Shown piece by piece: positions 56,453 through 57,475 of a DNA stretch of 57,475 bases (position 1 is the first letter of the stretch; the number at the start of each line of letters is the position of its first letter). The position numbers and the translations under genes were made by a program. The notes under the pieces are model-generated. The model had not been told where the DNA came from. It did not search any database and saw nothing but the letters and a program-made list of their open reading frames with translations. Source of the DNA: an uncultured Gammaproteobacteria bacterium (GTDB lineage: Bacteria; Patescibacteriota; Microgenomatia; Daviesbacterales; UBA10151); assembly GCA_964500725.1 (NCBI GenBank), contig CAZCNP010000003.1, forward strand, positions 1-57,475, given 5' to 3'.

Positions 56453-57475
56453 TTAAATAACAAAATCTAAATAATTATCCCTTGTGATAACATCAATACT
56501 GGCATTAGGATACGTATCTAGAAACTCTTGCGGCAGTTTAACCTTTTTGGAACTATATTTAAATTCAAACCCAAATAGTTTTCCTTCTCTTTCCTCCACA
56601 AAATCTATTTCTTTTTGATCCCATGTTCTCCAAAAATAATTATTGCTATAAATTTTTTTATATGCTTGTTTTTTAATCCTCTCTGTAACTAAAAAATTTT
56701 CCCAAATCCTACCTATATCATCCCTTAGATCCAACGGGTTGAAATTAGAAATAACTGCATTTCTGATCCCGTTGTCATAAAAATAATACTTACTGTATTT
56801 TTTAATTTCCTTCCGTAAATTCCTACTGAGGCCCCTGATATTAATTAATATAAATGCCTTTTCTAAAAGATCGAGATACCTGGCTACAGTTTTGATGTCT
56901 ATGTTTAAATTTAGAGCAAGCTCGCTCAAAGATACCTCAGATCCCACCTGAAAAGCCACTAACCGAAGCAAATCCAGAAGGATCTTTGATCCTTTTACCT
57001 GTTCTAACTCCAAAATATCTTTTAAGAGATAAGAATTTACGACTCCTGTCAGATAATCCCTTTTTTCATCCAAACTTTGCGCAGTTAAGGCTTCCGGATA
57101 AGAACCATAGATTAAATATTGCCAATTTTTTTCCTTCAACTCATATCTATTAAAATCCTCTGCCAACTCCAGTTGAGCTAGTGGATATAATTTCAGGGTG
57201 ACAGACCTACCAACCAACGGCTCGCCTATTTTATTAGACAAATCAAACGAGGCGGAACCTGTTGCAATCACCTTAATACCCTCAATATTGTCAACCAGAA
57301 TTTTTAAACCCATACCTATATTTGGAATCTTTTGTGCTTCATCTATAACAAATAATTCATATCCGCGAGTATATTCCTTGATTAATTCTATTCTTTGCGA
57401 ACTTAAAACGGTTTGAACATCCAGATCATCCCCACTTACAAATTTATACTTCAGCTTGCTTGAACTTAGAAAATT
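56453..57475 (-). CDS. AAA+ ATPase with DUF4143 domain (5' truncated by window edge)
   Basis: Frame open to window end; FVIDEAQ Walker B, ATGS, KYYFYDNG, QKEIDFV. Confidence 0.9.
   Translation of the reverse strand, partial: NFLSSSKLKYKFVSGDDLDVQTVLSSQRIELIKEYTRGYELFVIDEAQKIPNIGMGLKILVDNIEGIKVIATGSASFDLSNKIGEPLVGRSVTLKLYPLAQLELAEDFNRYELKEKNWQYLIYGSYPEALTAQSLDEKRDYLTGVVNSYLLKDILELEQVKGSKILLDLLRLVAFQVGSEVSLSELALNLNIDIKTVARYLDLLEKAFILINIRGLSRNLRKEIKKYSKYYFYDNGIRNAVISNFNPLDLRDDIGRIWENFLVTERIKKQAYKKIYSNNYFWRTWDQKEIDFVEEREGKLFGFEFKYSSKKVKLPQEFLDTYPNASIDVITRDNYLDFVI

Noticed and set aside
1-57475. CRISPR array
   Set aside because: No regularly spaced identical repeats with 30-40 bp spacers; J junctions are degenerate and kb apart; no cas genes.
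1-57475. UGA recoding (genetic code 25)
   Set aside because: Long conserved genes contain no internal TGA, and several end in TGA with ATGA/GTGA coupling.

Overview
AT-rich bacterial window (code 11) whose gene content (VirB2-like pilins, DUF5652/DUF5657/DUF5659-like proteins, many TA pairs, tRNA-linked LAGLIDADG genes) suggests a Patescibacteria/CPR genome, probably Microgenomatia; this is inferred, not searched. Layout: (1) 60-6711, three secreted acidic repeat proteins, a sortase and a membrane glycosyltransferase; (2) 6.7-11.5 kb, an S8 protease, secreted proteins and a GT-C enzyme; (3) 11.9-34.5 kb, a tandem island at a group I intron-containing tRNA-Asn(GTT). The tRNA-proximal 11.5 kb unit carries an intact large serine recombinase. 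It is preceded by seven short cassettes with minus-strand cargo, each starting at a degenerate attP-like junction (TGGCTC core plus a homologous recombinase C-terminal tail). This integron-like cassette array is the most striking feature; (4) 34.8-47.7 kb, rpoD-dnaG, all four tRNA-Ser isoacceptors, tRNA-Arg(GCG), LAGLIDADG genes directly upstream of tRNAs, TA modules, panD, comF, a tmRNA with a long tag, and smpB; (5) 47.7-57.5 kb, conserved envelope genes, two TA pairs, and a pilin cluster interrupted by a repeat-flanked four-helix-bundle gene. All assignments come from motif recognition by eye; no database searches were run.
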